Assembly: GCA_964016885.1 (NCBI GenBank)
Contig: OZ024740.1
Location: forward strand, 235,104,001-235,168,000
Direction of reading: 5' to 3'
Length of the DNA: 64,000 nucleotides
Source of the DNA: Eledone cirrhosa
Taxonomy: Eukaryota
Position numbers and translations under genes: made by a program. Below, one piece after another: positions 58,901 through 64,000 of this stretch; position 1 is the first letter of the stretch, and each line of letters starts with the position of its first letter. A model generated the notes under the pieces. That model did no database searches and was not told the origin of the DNA. It was given only the letters and a program-made list of their open reading frames with translations.

Positions 58901-61900
58901 CCTTCACATTGGCATGACCATACCACTACACCACCTTCACATTGGCATCACCACACTACTGCACCACCTTCACATTGGCATCACCACACCACTACACCAC
59001 CTTCACATTGGCATGACCATACCACTACACCAATTGGCATCACCACACCACTGCACCACCTTCACATTGGCATCACCACACCACTACACCACCTTCACAT
59101 TGGCATCACCACACCACTACACCACCTTCACATTGGCATCACTACACCACTACACCACCTTCACATTGGCATCACCACACCACTACACCACCTTCACATT
59201 AGCATCACTACACCACCTTCACATTGGCATCACCACACCACTACACCACCTTCACATTGGCATGACCACACCACTGCACCACCTTCACATTGGCATCACC
59301 ACACCACTACACCACCTTCACATTGGCATCACCACACCACTACACCACCTTCACATTGGCATCACCACACCACTGCACCACCTTCACATTGGCATCACCA
59401 CACCACTACACCACCTTCACATTGGCATCACCACACCACTACACCACCTTCACATTGGCATCACCACACCACTACACCACCTTCACATTGGCATCACCAC
59501 ACCACTACATCACCTTCACATTGGCATCACCACACCACTACACCACCTTCACATTGGCATCACCACACCACTACACCACCTTCACATTGGCATCACCACA
59601 CCACTACACCACCTTCACATTGGCATCACCACACCACTACACCACCTTCACATTGGCATCACCACACCACTACACCACCTTCACATTGGCATGACCACAC
59701 CACTACACCACCTTCACATTGGCATCACCACACCACTACACCACCTTCACATTGGCATGAGCACACCGCTACACCACCTTCACATTGGCATGACCACACC
59801 ACTACACCACCTTCACATTGGCATCACCACACCACTACACCACCTTCACATTGGCATCACCACACCACTACACCACCTTCACATTGGCATCACCACACCA
59901 CTGCACCACCTTCACATTGGCATCACTACACCACCTTCACATTGGCATCACCACACCACTACACCACCTTCACATTGGCATGACCACACCACTGCACCAC
60001 CTTCACATTGGCATCACCACACCACTACACCACCTTCACATTGGCATGACCACACCACTGCACCACCTTCACATTGGCATCACCACACCACTACACCACC
60101 TTCACATTGGCATCACTACACCACCTTCACATTGGCATCACCACACCACTACACCACCTTCACATTGGCATGACCACACCACTGCACCACCTTCACATTG
60201 GCATCACTACACCACTACACCACCTTCACATTGGCATCACCACACCACTACACCACCTTCACATTGGCATCACCACACCACTACATCACCTTCACATTGG
60301 CATCACCACACCACTGCACCACCTTCGCATTGGCATCACTACACCACTACACCACCTTCACATTGGCATCACCACACCACTACACCACCTTCACATTGGC
60401 ATCACCACACCACTACACCACCTTCACATTGGCATCACCACACCACTACACCACCTTCACATTGGCATGACCATACCACTACACCACCTTCACATTGGCA
60501 TCACCACACTACTGCACCACCTTCGCATTGGCATCACTACACCACTACACCACCTTCACATTGGCATCACCTTCACATTGGCATCACCACACCACTGCAC
60601 CACCTTCGCATTGGCATCACTACACCACTACACCACCTTCACATTGGCATCACCACACCACTACACCACCTTCACATTGGCATCACCACACCACTACACC
60701 ACCTTCACATTGGCATCACCACACCACTACACCACCTTCACATTGGCATCACCACACCACTACACCACCTTCACATTGGCATCACCACACCACTACACCA
60801 CCTTCACATTGGCATCACCACACCACTACACCACCTTCACATTGGCATGACCATACCACTACACCACCTTCACATTGGCATCACCACACCACTACACCAC
60901 CTTCACATTGGCATCACCACACCACTACACCACCTTCACATTGGCATCACCACACCACTACACCACCTTCACATTGGCATCACCACACCACTGCACCACC
61001 TTCACATTGGCATCACCACACCACTACACCACCTTCACATTGGCATCACTACACCACCTTCACATTGGCATCACCACACCACTACACCACCTTCACATTG
61101 GCATCACCACACCACTACACCACCTTCACATTGGCATCACCACACCACTACACCACCTTCACATTGGCATGACCATACCACTACACCACCTTCACATTGG
61201 CATCACCACACCACTACACCACCTTCACATTGGCATCACTACACCACCTTCACATTGGCATCACCACACCACTACACCACCTTCACATTGGCATCACCAC
61301 ACCACTACACCACCTTCACATTGGCATCACTACACCACCTTCACATTGGCATCACCACACCACTACACCACCTTCACATTGGCATCACCACACCACTACA
61401 CCACCTTCACATTGGCATCACTACACCACCTTCACATTGGCATCACCACACCACTACACCACCTTCACATTGGCATCACCACACCACTACACCACCTTCA
61501 CATTGGCATCACTACACCACCTTCACATTGGCATCACCACACCACTACACCACCTTCACATTGGCATCACCCACCACTACACCACCTTCACATTGGCATC
61601 ACTACACCACCTTCACATTGGCATCACCACACCACTGCACCACCTTCACATTGGCATCACCACACCACTGCACCACCTTCACATTGGCATCACCACACCA
61701 CTACACCACCTTCACATTGGCATGACCACACCACTACACCACCTTCACATTGGCATGACCACACCACTACACCACCTTCACATTGGCATCACCACACCAC
61801 TGCACCACCTTCACATTGGCATCACCACACCACTACACCACCTTCACATTGGCATCACCACACCACTGCACCACCTTCACATTGGCATCACCACACCACT

Positions 61901-63600
61901 GCACCACCTTCACATTGGCATGACCACACCACTACATCACCTTCACATTGGCATGACTACACCACTGCACCACCTTCACATTGGCATCACCACACCACTA
62001 CACCACCTTCACATTGGCATCACCACACCACTGCACCACCTTCACATTGGCATCACCACACCACTGCACCACCTTCACATTGGCATCACCACACCACTGC
62101 ACCACCTTCACATTGGCATCACCACACCACTGCACCACCTTCACATTGGCATCACCACACCACTGCACCACCTTCACATTGGCATCACCACACCACTGCA
62201 CCACCTTCACATTAGCATCACCACACCACTACACCACCTTCACATTGGCATCACCACACCACTACACCACCTTCACATTGGCATCACCACACCACTACAC
62301 CACCTTCACATTGGCATCACCACACCACTGCACCACCTTCACATTGGCATCACCACACCACTACACCACCTTCACATTGGCATCACCACACCACTACACC
62401 ACCTTCACATTGGCATCACCACACCACTGCACCACCTTCACATTGGCATGACCACACTACTACACCATCTTCATATTGGCATCACTACACCACCTTCTCA
62501 TTGGCATCACCACACCACTGCACCACCTTCACATTGGCATCACCACACCACTACACCACCTTCACATTGGCATCACCACACCACTGCACCACCTTCACAT
62601 TGGCATGACCACACTACTACACCATCTTCATATTGGCATCACTACACCACCTTCTCATTGGCATCACCACACCACTGCACCACCTTCACATTGGCATGAC
62701 CACACCACTACACCACCTTCACATTGGCATGACCACACCACTACACCACCTTCACATTGACATGACTACACCACCTTCACATTGGCATCACCACACCACT
62801 ACACCACCTTCACATTGGCATCACCACACCACTACACCATCTTCACATTGGCATGACCATATCACTACACCACCTTCACATTGGCATGACCACACCACTA
62901 CACCACCTTCACATTGACATGACTACACCACCTTCACATTGGCATCACCACACCACTGCACCACCTTCACATTAGCATCACCACACCACTGCACCACCTT
63001 CACATTGGCATGACCATACCACTACACCACCTTCACATTGGCATCACCACACTACTGCACCACCTTCACATTGGCATCACCACACCACTACACCACCTTC
63101 ACATTGGCATGACCATACCACTACACCAATTGGCATCACCACACCACTGCACCACCTTCACATTGGCATCACCACACCACTGCACCACCTTCACATTGGC
63201 ATCACCACACCACTACACCACCTTCACATTGGCATGACCATACCACTACACCACCTTCACATTGGCATGACCATACCACTACACCACCTTCACATTGGCA
63301 TCACCACACCACTTCACCACCTTCACATTGGCATCACCACACCACTACACCACCTTCACATTGGCATGACCACACCACTGCACCACCTTCACATTGGCAT
63401 GACCACACCACTACACCACCTTCACATTGACATGACCACCCCACTACACCACCTTCACATTGGCATCACCACACCACTTCACCACCTTCACATTGGCATC
63501 ACCACACCACCTTCACATTGGCATGACCACACCACTACACCACCTTCACATTGGCATGACCACACCACTACACCACCTTCACATTGGCATCACCACACTG
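49930..63600. repeat. 33-bp minisatellite array, roughly 420 units (estimate), with 25-bp variants and a ~3.8-4.1 kb higher-order repeat
   Basis: Unit CACATTGGCATCACCACACCACTACACCACCTT. The rare variant CCAATTGG recurs at 55206, 59030 and 63126. Confidence 0.98.
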
Positions 63601-63654
63601 CCAGACTTACCACACATTACCACTATCATCAGCATGCATTCACCACATCACCAT

Positions 63655-64000
63655 GACACACACTCATTACCACACTGCAACCACCACCATACACTCATTA
63701 CTCATTACTACACCACCACCACCACAACACATACACTCATTACTACACCACCACCACAACCACAACACATACACTCATTACTACACCACCACCACCACCA
63801 CCACAACACATACACTCATTACTACACCACCACCACAACACATACACTCATTACTACACCACCACCACAACACATACACTCATTACTACACCACCACCAC
63901 CATAACACATACACTCATTACTACACCACCACCACAACACATACACTCATTACTACACCACCACCACCATAACACATACACTCATTACCACACCACCACC
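63655..64000. repeat. Second CA-rich minisatellite (~30-39 bp unit) running off the window end
   Basis: ACACATACACTCATTACTACAC(CAC)nA repeated with variable CAC number. Confidence 0.9.

Noticed and set aside
49930-63600. CRISPR array or telomeric repeat
   Set aside because: Units are contiguous with no unique spacers, there are no cas genes, the context is eukaryotic, and the unit is not TTAGGG-like.
49979-63972. Dozens of long His/Thr-rich ORFs as protein-coding genes
   Set aside because: They are overlapping translations of one tandem repeat in all frames, with frequent frame-breaking 8-bp indels and an intronic position.

Overview
AT-rich, microsatellite- and SINE-dense animal genomic DNA. 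The repeat content suggests a coleoid cephalopod such as Octopus, which is an inference. The main gene is a + strand, multi-exon MAN1/LEMD3-type inner nuclear membrane gene. Exon 1 (LEM domain) starts at 13763, has an apparent 1-nt frameshift and runs into a 200-N gap. Twelve further phase-consistent exons lie between 27690 and 49353 and encode the luminal region, TM2, the winged-helix/MSC domain and most of the UHM/RRM. The last coding exon is not in the window, because the final intron holds a ~13.7 kb 33-bp minisatellite with a ~3.8-4.1 kb higher-order repeat. The first 6.3 kb is a cluster of Penelope-like retroelements and pLTR fragments set in (TA)n/(GT)n tracts. It carries four distinct minimal type I hammerhead ribozyme motifs, two with a U3:A8 core instead of C3:G8. 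Also present are degenerate LINE, CRE-type, Helitron and piggyBac-MITE remnants, many tRNA-derived SINEs, and several intronic fold-back structures.
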